In this document: in pieces, positions 24,846 to 33,452 of the stretch
Position numbering within the stretch: the stretch's first letter is position 1
Layout: every line of letters begins with the position of its first letter
Source: Escherichia coli
GTDB lineage: Bacteria > Pseudomonadota > Gammaproteobacteria > Enterobacterales > Enterobacteriaceae
Assembly (NCBI RefSeq): GCF_024298765.1
Contig: NZ_CP101210.1
Length of the DNA: 64,000 bases
Strand: one strand, 5' to 3'
The notes under the pieces: generated by a model
Seen by the model: the letters and a program-made list of their open reading frames with translations, nothing else
What the model was told of the DNA's origin: nothing
Databases searched by the model: none
Program-made: the position numbers and the translations under genes

Positions 24846-25213
24846 AGCGCGGATTTACCTTGCTGGAAGTGATGCTCGCGCTGGCGATTTTTGCGTTGGC
24901 CGCCATGGCGGTGTTACAGATTGCCAGCGGTGCGCTGAGTAATCAGCAGATTCTTGAGGAGAAAACGGTAGCGGGCTGGGTAGCTGAAAACCAGACCGCG
25001 CTGCTTTACCTGATGACCCGTGAACAACGAGCGGTCAGGCACCAGGGCGAGAGTGATATGGCAGGAAGCCGCTGGTACTGGCGAACCACACCGCTGAGTA
25101 CAGGCAACGCGCTGCTCCAGGCGGTGGATATTGAAGTCAGCCTTCACGAAGACTTTTCGCCGGTGATTCAGTCACGACGCGCCTGGTTTAGCGCCGTGGG
25201 AGGCCAACAGTGA
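24842..25213 (+). CDS. gspI: Minor pseudopilin
   Basis: MKRGFTLLEVMLALAIFALA prepilin N-terminus; overlaps gspH stop. Confidence 0.8.
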   Translation: MKRGFTLLEVMLALAIFALAAMAVLQIASGALSNQQILEEKTVAGWVAENQTALLYLMTREQRAVRHQGESDMAGSRWYWRTTPLSTGNALLQAVDIEVSLHEDFSPVIQSRRAWFSAVGGQQ

Positions 25214-25815
25214 GAAGGACTCGCGCTGGTTTCACGTTACTGGAAATACTGGTGGCGATAGCCATTTTTGCCTCGCTGGCACTGATGGCGCAGCAGGTGA
25301 CTAACGGCGTCGCACGCGTGAATAGCGCCGTCGCCGATCACGATCAAAAACTAAACCTCATGCAGCAAACGATGAGTTTTCTGACCCACGATCTGACCCA
25401 AATAATGCCGCGTCCGGTAAGAAGCGATCAGGGCCAGCGTGAACCAGCGTTACTGGCTGGCCCTGGCGTGCTGGCGTCTGAGAGTGGAGGAATGCGTTTT
25501 GTGCGCGGCGGTGTGGTTAACCCGTTGATGCGTCTGCCACGCAGCAATCTGCTCACCGTCGGTTACCGCATTCATGACGGCTATCTCGAACGGTTAGCCT
25601 GGCCGCTGACCGACGCAGCAGGCAGCGTGAAGCCGACAATGCAAAAGTTGATTCCGGCGGATTCGCTCCGCTTGCAGTTCTACGACGGCACGCGCTGGCA
25701 GGAGAGCTGGTCGTCAGTACAGGCGATCCCTGTGGCAGTGCGCATGACCCTGCATTCGCCGCAATGGGGCGAGATTGAACGCATCTGGTTGTTACGCGGG
25801 CCGCAATTATCATGA
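25210..25815 (+). CDS. gspJ: Minor pseudopilin
   Basis: RAGFTLLEILVAIAIFASLA prepilin N-terminus; GTG start overlapping gspI stop. Confidence 0.8.
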   Translation: MRRTRAGFTLLEILVAIAIFASLALMAQQVTNGVARVNSAVADHDQKLNLMQQTMSFLTHDLTQIMPRPVRSDQGQREPALLAGPGVLASESGGMRFVRGGVVNPLMRLPRSNLLTVGYRIHDGYLERLAWPLTDAAGSVKPTMQKLIPADSLRLQFYDGTRWQESWSSVQAIPVAVRMTLHSPQWGEIERIWLLRGPQLS

Positions 25816-26789
25816 TCACCTCACCACCAAAACGCGGAATGGCACTGGTCGTGGTGCTGGTATTGCTGGCGGTTATGATGCTGGTGACCATCACGCTTTC
25901 CGGGCGAATGCAGCAACAACTTGGGCGAACGCGCAGCCAGCAGGAGTACCAGCAGGCGCTGTGGTACAGCGCCAGTGCGGAAAGCCTGGCGTTGAGCGCA
26001 CTCAGTCTGAGCCTGAAAAATGAAAAGCGCGTGCATCTGGCGCAGCCGTGGGCTTCCGGCCCTCGTTTTTTCCCACTGCCGCAGGGGCAAATTGCCGTCA
26101 CCCTGCGTGACGCCCAGGCCTGCTTTAACCTGAATGCCCTCGCTCAGCCGACAACGGCGTCGCGTCCTATCGCGGTACAACAACTGATTGCCCTGATCTC
26201 GCGCCTGGATGTGCCTGCTTATCGGGCCGAACTGATAGCCGAAAGCCTGTGGGAGTTTATTGACGAGGACCGCAGCGTGCAGACGCGTCTGGGGCGTGAA
26301 GACAGCGAGTATCTCGCCCGCTCGGTGCCGTTCTACGCCGCCAATCAACCGCTGGCCGATATCAGTGAGATGCGCGTGGTACAGGGAATGGACGCCGGAC
26401 TTTATCAAAAACTGAAACCGCTGGTCTGTGCGCTGCCGATGACCCGCCAGCAAATCAACATCAATACCTTAGACGTCACGCAAAGTGTGATTCTTGAGGC
26501 GCTGTTTGACCCGTGGTTAAGCCCTGTTCAGGCGCGGGCGTTATTACAACAACGTCCGGCGAAGGGCTGGGAAGATGTCGATCAGTTTCTTGCTCAGCCG
26601 CTACTTGCAGACGTCGATGAGCGTACTAAAAAACAGCTAAAAACCATCCTGAGCGTGGACAGCAATTACTTCTGGCTGCGTTCAGATATCACCGTGAATG
26701 AGATTGAACTGACGATGAATTCGTTAATTGTCCGCATGGGCCCACAACACTTTTCTGTTCTCTGGCATCAGACAGGAGAAAGTGAGTGA
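25812..26789 (+). CDS. gspK: Minor pseudopilin
   Basis: 325 aa, N-terminal hydrophobic segment GMALVVVLVLLAVMMLV; overlaps gspJ. Confidence 0.8.
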   Translation: MITSPPKRGMALVVVLVLLAVMMLVTITLSGRMQQQLGRTRSQQEYQQALWYSASAESLALSALSLSLKNEKRVHLAQPWASGPRFFPLPQGQIAVTLRDAQACFNLNALAQPTTASRPIAVQQLIALISRLDVPAYRAELIAESLWEFIDEDRSVQTRLGREDSEYLARSVPFYAANQPLADISEMRVVQGMDAGLYQKLKPLVCALPMTRQQININTLDVTQSVILEALFDPWLSPVQARALLQQRPAKGWEDVDQFLAQPLLADVDERTKKQLKTILSVDSNYFWLRSDITVNEIELTMNSLIVRMGPQHFSVLWHQTGESE

Positions 26790-27964
26790 GTTCCATGCTT
26801 GAGATTTTTTTCCCGCTTTGCGCCGCTGATCCCATCCGTTGGCAGCGCCATACACCCGACGTGGAGCACGGTATCTGGCCTGACGTTGCTGACGAACGTC
26901 TCCAGCAATGGCTGCAAACTGATGCGATTCGACTCTACATTCCCGGCGAATGGATCAGCGTCTGGCAGGTTGAACTGCCTGATGTGCCCCGCAAGCAGAT
27001 ACCGACGATTCTGCCCGCCTTGCTGGAAGAAGAGCTGAACCAGGATATCGATGAACTGCATTTCGCCCCGTTGAAAATCGACCAGCAACTGGCAACCGTA
27101 GCTGTGATTCACCAGCAGCATATGCGCAACATTGCGCAGTGGTTGCAGGCAAACGGCATCGCCCGCGCTACCGTCGCGCCGGACTGGATGTCCATTCCTT
27201 GTGGGTTTATGGCTGGCGATGCGCAACGGGTTATCTGCCGTATCGATGAATGCCGGGGATGGAGCGCCGGGCGGGCGCTGGCTCCGGTCATGTTCCGCGC
27301 ACAGCTCAATGAGCAGAATTTACCGATTTCACTAACTGTGGTCGGCATTGCACCGGAAGAACTGTCTGCATGGGCTGGTGCGGACGCCGAACGCCTGACC
27401 GTTACGGCTCTGCCCGCCATTACCACTTATGGCGAACCGGAAGGGAACCTGCTAACAGGGCCGTGGCAGCCTCGTGTTAGCTACCGAAAACAGTGGGCGC
27501 GCTGGCGGGTGATGATTCTGCCGATATTGCTGATTCTGGTTGCGCTGGTAGTGGAACGGGGCGTGACGTTATGGAGCGTCAGCGAACAGGTGGCGCAAAG
27601 CCGCACCCAGGCGGAGAAACAGTTCTTAACGCTATTCCCGGAGCAGAAGCGGATTGTGAATTTACGCTCGCAGGTGACGATGGCGCTGAAAAAATATCGC
27701 CCACAGGCTGATGATACCGATCTGCTTGCCGAGTTGTCTGCGATCGCCAGTACCCTGAAATCCGCATCACTTTCCGACATTGAGATGCGTGGTTTCACCT
27801 TTGATCAAAAACGCCAGACGCTTCACCTCCAGCTACGGGCTGCGAACTTTGCCAGCTTCGACAAACTGCGTAGCGCACTGGCGGTAGATTATGTTGTGCA
27901 ACAGGACGCGTTACAGAAAGAGGGTGATGCGGTTTCCGGCGGCGTAACGTTGCGGAGGAAATAA
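26786..27964 (+). CDS. gspL: Type II secretion system protein L
   Basis: 392 aa with cytoplasmic domain, single TM (VMILPILLILVALVV) and periplasmic domain; start uncertain (GTG 26786 or ATG 26795). Confidence 0.8.
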   Translation: MSSMLEIFFPLCAADPIRWQRHTPDVEHGIWPDVADERLQQWLQTDAIRLYIPGEWISVWQVELPDVPRKQIPTILPALLEEELNQDIDELHFAPLKIDQQLATVAVIHQQHMRNIAQWLQANGIARATVAPDWMSIPCGFMAGDAQRVICRIDECRGWSAGRALAPVMFRAQLNEQNLPISLTVVGIAPEELSAWAGADAERLTVTALPAITTYGEPEGNLLTGPWQPRVSYRKQWARWRVMILPILLILVALVVERGVTLWSVSEQVAQSRTQAEKQFLTLFPEQKRIVNLRSQVTMALKKYRPQADDTDLLAELSAIASTLKSASLSDIEMRGFTFDQKRQTLHLQLRAANFASFDKLRSALAVDYVVQQDALQKEGDAVSGGVTLRRK

Positions 27965-27965
27965 C

Positions 27966-28502
27966 ATGTTACGCGATAAATTTATTCACTATTTTCAGCA
28001 ATGGCGTGAACGCCAGTTAAGCCGTGGCGAACACTGGCTGACACAACACCTGGCGGGGCGTTCGCCGCGTGAAAAGGGCATGTTACTGGCAGCGGCGGTG
28101 TTTCTGTTTAGCGCCGGATATTACGTCCTCATCTGGCAGCCTTTGAGCGAACGGATTGAGCAACAGGAGACGATGTTGCAACAGATGGTGGCGATGAACG
28201 CGCGACTGAAGAGCGCCGCGCCGGATATTATTGCGGCGCGAAAATCCGCCACAACAACGCCTGCACAGGTATCGCGGGTCATCAGCGATAGTGCTTCTGC
28301 GCACTCAGTGGTTATCAAGCGGATAGCCGAGCGCGGGGAGAATATTCAGGTCTGGATAGATCCGGTGGTGTTTAATGACCTGCTGAACTGGTTAAAAGCA
28401 CTGGATGAAAAGTATGCGCTGCGGGTGACACAAATTGATGTCAGCGCAGGTGAGAAGCCTGGAATGGTGAATGTGCAGCGGCTGGAATTTGGACGGGGAT
28501 AA
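27966..28502 (+). CDS. gspM: Type II secretion system protein M
   Basis: 178 aa with single N-terminal TM (GMLLAAAVFLFSAGYYVLIW); last gene of the cluster. Confidence 0.8.
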   Translation: MLRDKFIHYFQQWRERQLSRGEHWLTQHLAGRSPREKGMLLAAAVFLFSAGYYVLIWQPLSERIEQQETMLQQMVAMNARLKSAAPDIIAARKSATTTPAQVSRVISDSASAHSVVIKRIAERGENIQVWIDPVVFNDLLNWLKALDEKYALRVTQIDVSAGEKPGMVNVQRLEFGRG

Positions 28503-28613
28503 AGTATCAGGAGATTAATATCAATAAAATTACTCTCGTTAACGTGGCGAGAGTAATTCCCCCAGACTTTATAAGCTAATTTTTTTCGTGAAGGTTATTG
28601 TCAGAGCCAAAAG

Positions 28614-28640
28614 CAAAAACCCGCCTTGTGGCGGGTTCTT
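28614..28640 (-). terminator. Rho-independent terminator-like hairpin
   Basis: Minus-strand reading cccgccacaaggcggg stem-loop followed by TTTTTGCTTTTGG; lies just 3' of the tRNA-Phe remnant and downstream of gspM. Confidence 0.5.
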
Positions 28641-28649
28641 AAGAATTAG

Positions 28650-28668
28650 TGGTGCCCGGACTCGGAAT
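28650..28668 (-). other. tRNA-Phe 3'-end remnant (19 nt, island attachment-site repeat)
   Basis: TGGTGCCCGGACTCGGAAT is the reverse complement of the 3' end of E. coli tRNA-Phe (…ATTCCGAGTCCGGGCACCA); sequence diverges immediately after, so no tRNA body is present here. Confidence 0.7.
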
Positions 28669-28915
28669 GAAACTGGTTATATAACCAATTGTTTTGTATC
28701 GACTGTTTTATCCTTGTTCTTTTTGAGGCCACCAATGAGGCCCCCATGTGCAATTCGAATTCTTTTGACGCTATAATCCCTCTTTCTTGTGGTTTGTTGT
28801 AATCATTTTGTCTGGTTCGATATGCTGAATCGCGGAATCGAAGTGACAACAAAATACAGAGATTTATAAAATACCTGGCTACCTGTGTTAGGGAGCGTTA
28901 ACGCACAGATTTTGT

Positions 28916-29242
28916 TTATGGCTGCCAGAAATGATCTGATGGTTTGTCGTCTGGCTCTGCAAGTACCCTGTTGATATCCCGGGAACCATGAACGATACGT
29001 TCGATACGAACTTCAGTATCCAGTACCCTGAACAGCAGAAGGTAACGACCATACGAACAACCTCTGATCCCAGCCCCTAACTCGGGTCTTTCTCTGTAGA
29101 GTACTGGCGATTCGGCTATCAACAGACATTGTTGGTAAAGCTCTTCGGTAAAACTGATTGCACGGACAGGATTATCCTGAGCGATCCAGTCACCTATAGC
29201 TTCAAGATCGTGTTCTGCTAATGGTGAAACAGTCAGTTTCAT
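28916..29242 (-). CDS. parE: ParE/RelE-family type II toxin
   Basis: 108 aa MKLTVSPLAEHDLEAIGDWIAQDNPVRAISF...RIVHGSRD; overlaps upstream antitoxin gene by 4 nt. Confidence 0.75.
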   Translation of the reverse strand: MKLTVSPLAEHDLEAIGDWIAQDNPVRAISFTEELYQQCLLIAESPVLYRERPELGAGIRGCSYGRYLLLFRVLDTEVRIERIVHGSRDINRVLAEPDDKPSDHFWQP

Positions 29243-29502
29243 ATTGGCTGTTCACCTTCTGCCATCTTTTTGTATTTGTGCGTCAGTCGCCCGAATACCT
29301 CTTCAGCACTTTTACTTTCACCGCTGTTGATGCCTGCGGCCACGGCGCTCTGGAGTGATTCAAGCTTTATCTGCTGTTCCCGTTCTTCCAGAGCACGAAG
29401 TCCGGCACGAATGACTTCACTTGTATTGTTGTACCGACCACTTTCTATTTGTTCGCGGATAAACGTTTCAAAGTAAGGACTGAGGGATACACTGGTAGGC
29501 AT
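29239..29502 (-). CDS. parD: ParD-family (RHH) type II antitoxin
   Basis: 87 aa MPTSVSLSPYFETFIREQIESGRYNNTSEVIRAGLRALEEREQ..., ribbon-helix-helix antitoxin pattern. Confidence 0.75.
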   Translation of the reverse strand: MPTSVSLSPYFETFIREQIESGRYNNTSEVIRAGLRALEEREQQIKLESLQSAVAAGINSGESKSAEEVFGRLTHKYKKMAEGEQPI

Positions 29503-29573
29503 GGTTATTTTCTCGCCGATTGATTACTATCAATTAATAATAGTTAATATTCGCGAATTGTAAAATACCTCTT

Positions 29574-30440
29574 TTATGCCTTGCGGCTTTTGTTCACTGT
29601 GCTTGCCAGGGCTTCCGGGTAGTGTCTGGCAATAATATCATTAAGCCTGTCAACCAGCTCTGGTTTCCTGAACGTGATGTGCGCGGAGCCCTTCTTAAAG
29701 TATCTGATGCTGAACATCTCATCTTCATAGTCCTCTTTACCCTGAACAGACTGGATGTGATCATCCAGATGAATGGTGATGTTTTCCCGGTTGTCGGGGA
29801 TCGGTTTGCCGCTGAACAGGTGCAGCATTCTTTCCAGATCGGCAAGTCGATCGGCCTGTTGTCCGGTGATAAGATGAAACCCCCACCGGTCCCACCTCAC
29901 CAGATTGTTGACGATAATTTTACTGCCAAATTTGCAGGGTGAATTGGTTTTGTAATTCCAGCTCAGTCCTCTGAAAACGTTGAGCACCCCTCGCTCAAAC
30001 ACTTCATCTTTGTTCTGGTGCAGTTGTTCAAACGTGCTCAGGATATTTGCTTCGCTGATTTCCGGAAAATTATCGTACTCCAGTGACCGGTACCATGTAT
30101 CACGGGCTTGTGCATCCATTAATGACAGCATCCCTGAACGTTGCATCAGATCACGCCAGATTTCGCGGTCAAGGTTGCGGGTGATGGCTTTCATTGCGGT
30201 TTCCGGTTTTTCCATCAGCCAGCAACCGCAGCGAAAATCCTGTTTCATGGCCCAGTCCAGTGCAGTTTTACCTCCGATGCTTTCCGTCAGCACCGAGATT
30301 TCTGCCAGTTGCCGGATAAGTGTGTCGATTTGCAGCAGCGCACTCTTTCGTACAGCCAGAATGTGGCGGATGCTGGTTGAGCCGATAACGTCCGTATGCC
30401 CGTTGACCACTTCCGGACGGGGGGCTGTGATTTCAGACAT
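29574..30440 (-). CDS. Hypothetical protein (DUF4942-like, CP4-type island cargo)
   Basis: 288-aa ORF with no recognisable catalytic motif; family assignment from recollection of genes adjacent to cbtA/cbeA modules. Confidence 0.45.
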   Translation of the reverse strand: MSEITAPRPEVVNGHTDVIGSTSIRHILAVRKSALLQIDTLIRQLAEISVLTESIGGKTALDWAMKQDFRCGCWLMEKPETAMKAITRNLDREIWRDLMQRSGMLSLMDAQARDTWYRSLEYDNFPEISEANILSTFEQLHQNKDEVFERGVLNVFRGLSWNYKTNSPCKFGSKIIVNNLVRWDRWGFHLITGQQADRLADLERMLHLFSGKPIPDNRENITIHLDDHIQSVQGKEDYEDEMFSIRYFKKGSAHITFRKPELVDRLNDIIARHYPEALASTVNKSRKA

Positions 30441-30524
30441 AATCGATATTCCTTTTTGCAGATAAATGAAAACGCCAGCCCTGTTCAGGCTGGCGTCAGT
30501 GGAATGAAGTCTGGTGAGTAAGAC

Positions 30525-30722
30525 TCACCGGTTCTGTTGCAGAAGCTGCAACTGGCGCAGGATACGGATATCCTCCCTGGCCTGTTCGATACAGGGCAAC
30601 AGTGCTGCCGAATCCGTTCTATCCTCATCGTTGTCAAAGATAATTCCCGATTCGCAGTCGATATTGTCCTGTAGCCACGCAATCAGAATATCCAGTGCGG
30701 TTTCCGTGGTTAATGATTTCAT
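30525..30722 (-). CDS. Small hypothetical protein (CP4-like island)
   Basis: 65 aa from MKSLTTETALDILIAWLQDNIDCESGIIFDNDEDRTDSAALLPCIEQ...; resembles small conserved ORFs near cbtA modules. Confidence 0.4.
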   Translation of the reverse strand: MKSLTTETALDILIAWLQDNIDCESGIIFDNDEDRTDSAALLPCIEQAREDIRILRQLQLLQQNR

Positions 30723-30733
30723 GTTGTTCCTGG

Positions 30734-31225
30734 TTACCAGTCGAAAGTGGGCAGGTCCGGCAGACATTCAGCGCTGGCATCCAGATGAATGAGACTGACG
30801 CCATAACGTCGGGTAAGTGTGACAACCAGACGACGGAACGTTTTTGACAGGCCCAGGCGCTTAAGCCGCAGAACCGGGTATGACCACGCATCGGTACGTA
30901 ACAGATATCCGCTACCTGTGAAATGAATCCATTCTGATTCGCCGGTGCCATTCGTCTGATGTGACAGCGAGTACAGCCAGGCGTTGTCCTTTGCCGTGAT
31001 ATGCGCGGTACTGCAGCGTATGCCGGTAAGGGCCGCCGCAGATGATGGCGTGCGCTCTGCTGATGTCCGGTCAGATTCATCAACAACACGAAGGGAGTAA
31101 CCGTTATCGCAGACCACGTTAATCAGTTCAGCGAGAGTAACACCATCGACGTCAACGACAATGCGCCCCATGTTCAGTGCCTGCACGTTAATGCTGTCGG
31201 CTTCCAGCGTCAGGGCCAGTTTCAT
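30734..31225 (-). CDS. Hypothetical protein downstream of cbtA (YeeW-like position)
   Basis: 163-aa ORF whose start overlaps the cbtA stop; no motif recognised. Confidence 0.4.
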   Translation of the reverse strand: MKLALTLEADSINVQALNMGRIVVDVDGVTLAELINVVCDNGYSLRVVDESDRTSAERTPSSAAALTGIRCSTAHITAKDNAWLYSLSHQTNGTGESEWIHFTGSGYLLRTDAWSYPVLRLKRLGLSKTFRRLVVTLTRRYGVSLIHLDASAECLPDLPTFDW

Positions 31226-31599
31226 TGTTTCGCCCCCGGATGTTTACCCAGGGTAATGTTATTTACCGTTCTGTAATTGTCGCGGGCCATCAGGCCGGTT
31301 GCCCGGCGGGCCCGGAGGATATCAATACTGTTTATTAACTGAGAACGGGTACAGGCGCTGAATCCTGGCTGGTCGGTACGTACCAGTGCGTATTTTTCAA
31401 CGAGAAAGTTCACCGCATCGCACAGTGAAATGCCTGCCTCAATATGCTGCTCAATCACACGTTCATCAGCGAACGGTGTGTCATTCAGTGTGAGGCCGTA
31501 ATGCTGGTCCAACAGTCGGGTGAGCAGTGTCTGCCAGATGGTGACGGGAGACGGGCAGCGCGATGCCTCCCGTACGTGTGTGTCAGGTAATGTTTTCAT
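31222..31599 (-). CDS. cbtA: CbtA/YeeV-family type IV toxin
   Basis: From MKTLPDTHV...; ...WQTLLTRLLDQHYGLTLNDTPFADERVIEQHIEAGISLCDAVNFLVEKYALVRTDQPGFSACTRSQLINSIDILRARRATGLM is near-identical to CbtA/YkfI/YpjF toxins as I recall them. Confidence 0.85.
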   Translation of the reverse strand: MKTLPDTHVREASRCPSPVTIWQTLLTRLLDQHYGLTLNDTPFADERVIEQHIEAGISLCDAVNFLVEKYALVRTDQPGFSACTRSQLINSIDILRARRATGLMARDNYRTVNNITLGKHPGAKQ

Positions 31600-31645
31600 C
31601 TTAAGTTCTCTGTAACTGGTAGTGCTAAAGGTGAGATATTCGGGG

Positions 31646-32020
31646 TTATGAGGTGGTTGCGGGTGCCAGTGTCGGATAAACAGCCATATAAACGTAACCA
31701 CAGCTGCCGAGGGTGTCGGCTTCGCAGGTCAGCCCTCTGGCATACAGCGTGACGGTATGCTGATGGCGGGGATTCAGTTCACCGCTGGTGAGCATGAGTT
31801 CCAGTTGTTTCATCAGCAGCGGAAAGGCCTGGTCCAGATGATACGCATCCGCGTCGCTAAACTGCCCCCTGATACCGGCGCGGTCGGCAAGGTAATGCAA
31901 CCGGTTACCCTCCTGCACCAGACGTGCCCCGAAACAGGGCGTCACGGTGCAGGGGAGCCCCCACCAGGGGCGGTCGTTGTTGTTGTCGGGATGCGTTGTC
32001 CCGGGGTGTGTGTCTGACAC
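31646..32020 (-). CDS. cbeA: CbeA/YeeU-family type IV antitoxin
   Basis: MSDTHPGTTHPDNNNDRPWWGLPCTVTPCFGARLVQEGNRLHYLADRAGIRGQFSDADAYHLDQAFPLLMKQLELMLTSGELNPRHQHTVTLYA... Confidence 0.85.
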   Translation of the reverse strand: MSDTHPGTTHPDNNNDRPWWGLPCTVTPCFGARLVQEGNRLHYLADRAGIRGQFSDADAYHLDQAFPLLMKQLELMLTSGELNPRHQHTVTLYARGLTCEADTLGSCGYVYMAVYPTLAPATTS

Positions 32021-32099
32021 GATAAAATCCTCACAGAAAATCGGTTAAGAATGCTCCGATGGTGGCGATAATTCGGCTCATCAGAATGCCCTTTCTGAT

Positions 32100-32321
32100 T
32101 CAGTTCAGGGTAACGCTCATCAGACGGACATACGGACCAAAACTGTCCTTACGGCGTTCAGCAAACACGGCCAGCACACCGGGAATATCCTGCACTTCAC
32201 GGCCGGTATACGTATCCGTGCTACCGTGCCAGCGGTATTTACCGGTACAGAACGGAAAAAGACGGGATGCAGGATGCTGTTGGTGAATACGCATGGCTTC
32301 ACCACGGGTGATGATTTTCAT
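32100..32321 (-). CDS. yeeT: YeeT-like protein (DUF987)
   Basis: 73 aa MKIITRGEAMRIHQQHPASRLFPFCTGKYRWHGS... Confidence 0.8.
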   Translation of the reverse strand: MKIITRGEAMRIHQQHPASRLFPFCTGKYRWHGSTDTYTGREVQDIPGVLAVFAERRKDSFGPYVRLMSVTLN

Positions 32322-32383
32322 AATGGGATACCTCTGAAGACAGAAGATAAAAGTGAAAACAGGTGTGATGTGGTTGTGACGGG

Positions 32384-32860
32384 TTAAAGCAGACCGTGTT
32401 CGGCAAAGGAGAATACCTGGTTGCCACCGACTATCAGATGGTCCGGCACCCGGATATCCACCAGGGCCAGCGCCTGTACCAGACGTTCAGTGATAAGCCG
32501 GTCTGCCTTACTGGGGGTGACTTCACCGGACGGGTGATTGTGCGCCAGCACCACGGCAGCGGCATTGTGGTACAGGGCACGTTTAATCACCTCCCGGGGA
32601 TGGACTTCTGTGCGGTTGATGGTGCCTGTGAAGAGGGTTTCACCCGCAATCAGCTGATTCTGGTTGTTCAGATACAGCACCCGGAACTCTTCCCGCTCCA
32701 GTCCTGCCATGTTCAGAATCAGCCATTCCCGTGCCGCATGCGTGGAGGTGAAGGCCACGCCGGGCTCATGAAGATGACGGTCCAGGGTTTTCAGGGCCCG
32801 CTGAATGAGGCTGCGCTCGCCGGGCGTCATCTCTCCGGGCAGAAAGGAAAGCTGTTGCAT
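32384..32860 (-). CDS. yeeS: RadC-like JAB-domain protein
   Basis: JAMM-like motif in VVLAHNHPSGEVTPSKADRLITERL; start placed at MQQLSFLPGE. Confidence 0.8.
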   Translation of the reverse strand: MQQLSFLPGEMTPGERSLIQRALKTLDRHLHEPGVAFTSTHAAREWLILNMAGLEREEFRVLYLNNQNQLIAGETLFTGTINRTEVHPREVIKRALYHNAAAVVLAHNHPSGEVTPSKADRLITERLVQALALVDIRVPDHLIVGGNQVFSFAEHGLL

Positions 32861-32875
32861 TGTGCTTCTCTCCAT

Positions 32876-33361
32876 TCAGTCGATGATGCGCATAATGGCG
32901 TTGCATTCCGGATGCTGCAGGGCGTAATCCCGCAACCGATAATAATGGACCGTCATGGCATAATTCTCTGTACGACAGGCGTGATGACTGTACGCCATCA
33001 GACAGGCGGCAATGCCGGCGGCTTCCGGGCTCATTTCAGCGCGGTTGCCGTTCATGGCATTGAACAGTACCCATGTTTCGTCATCATCGTCATCCGGTTC
33101 GGGTACCATAAATGCCCCACCGTTGTTCAGGGTGTACAGATTCCAGATACCACCGCAGTAGTCTTCGCAAAGACGGTCCATCCAGCCGAAGACACGGGGC
33201 TCCAGGGTCACCCACTGTGGAATGAGGCCAAAATGTTGCGGCCAGAAACTGATGCGCTGTTCATCAGGGACGGGAGTGGCAACCAGTTGAGACTGGTTAT
33301 TCCCTGGTGCAGTGGTTACGGAAACAGAAGGCGTGGTGGAGCTATGCGAAAAGGTTGTCAT
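32876..33361 (-). CDS. Antirestriction protein (ArdB/KlcA-like, YfjX family)
   Basis: 161 aa with acidic stretch PEPDDDDDETW and WVTLEPRVFGWMDRLCEDYCGGIWNLYTLNNGGAFMVP motif region recalled from YfjX/YafX proteins. Confidence 0.65.
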   Translation of the reverse strand: MTTFSHSSTTPSVSVTTAPGNNQSQLVATPVPDEQRISFWPQHFGLIPQWVTLEPRVFGWMDRLCEDYCGGIWNLYTLNNGGAFMVPEPDDDDDETWVLFNAMNGNRAEMSPEAAGIAACLMAYSHHACRTENYAMTVHYYRLRDYALQHPECNAIMRIID

Positions 33362-33452
33362 GAGATGATTCCTTATAAAAAGTAAATGAATGGAAGAATG
33401 CCCGGGGACTGGTACAGACGTGAGTCAGGGTTGCACTTTCAGGGAAACAGCA

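Noticed and set aside
25553-26453. 182-aa and 210-aa minus-strand ORFs across gspJ/gspK
   Set aside because: Antisense to genes with canonical prepilin N-termini; no motifs.
28650-28725. Full tRNA-Phe gene
   Set aside because: Only the 3'-terminal 19 nt match; the remainder does not fit a tRNA cloverleaf, so it is annotated as a remnant rather than a tRNA.
29980-30465. 161-aa plus-strand ORF
   Set aside because: Antisense to the 288-aa minus-strand island ORF; Ser/Cys/Arg-rich.
30634-31089. 151-aa minus-strand ORF overlapping the 163-aa ORF in another frame
   Set aside because: Overlaps a longer ORF that is start-coupled to cbtA; Arg/His-rich translation looks like a frame shadow.
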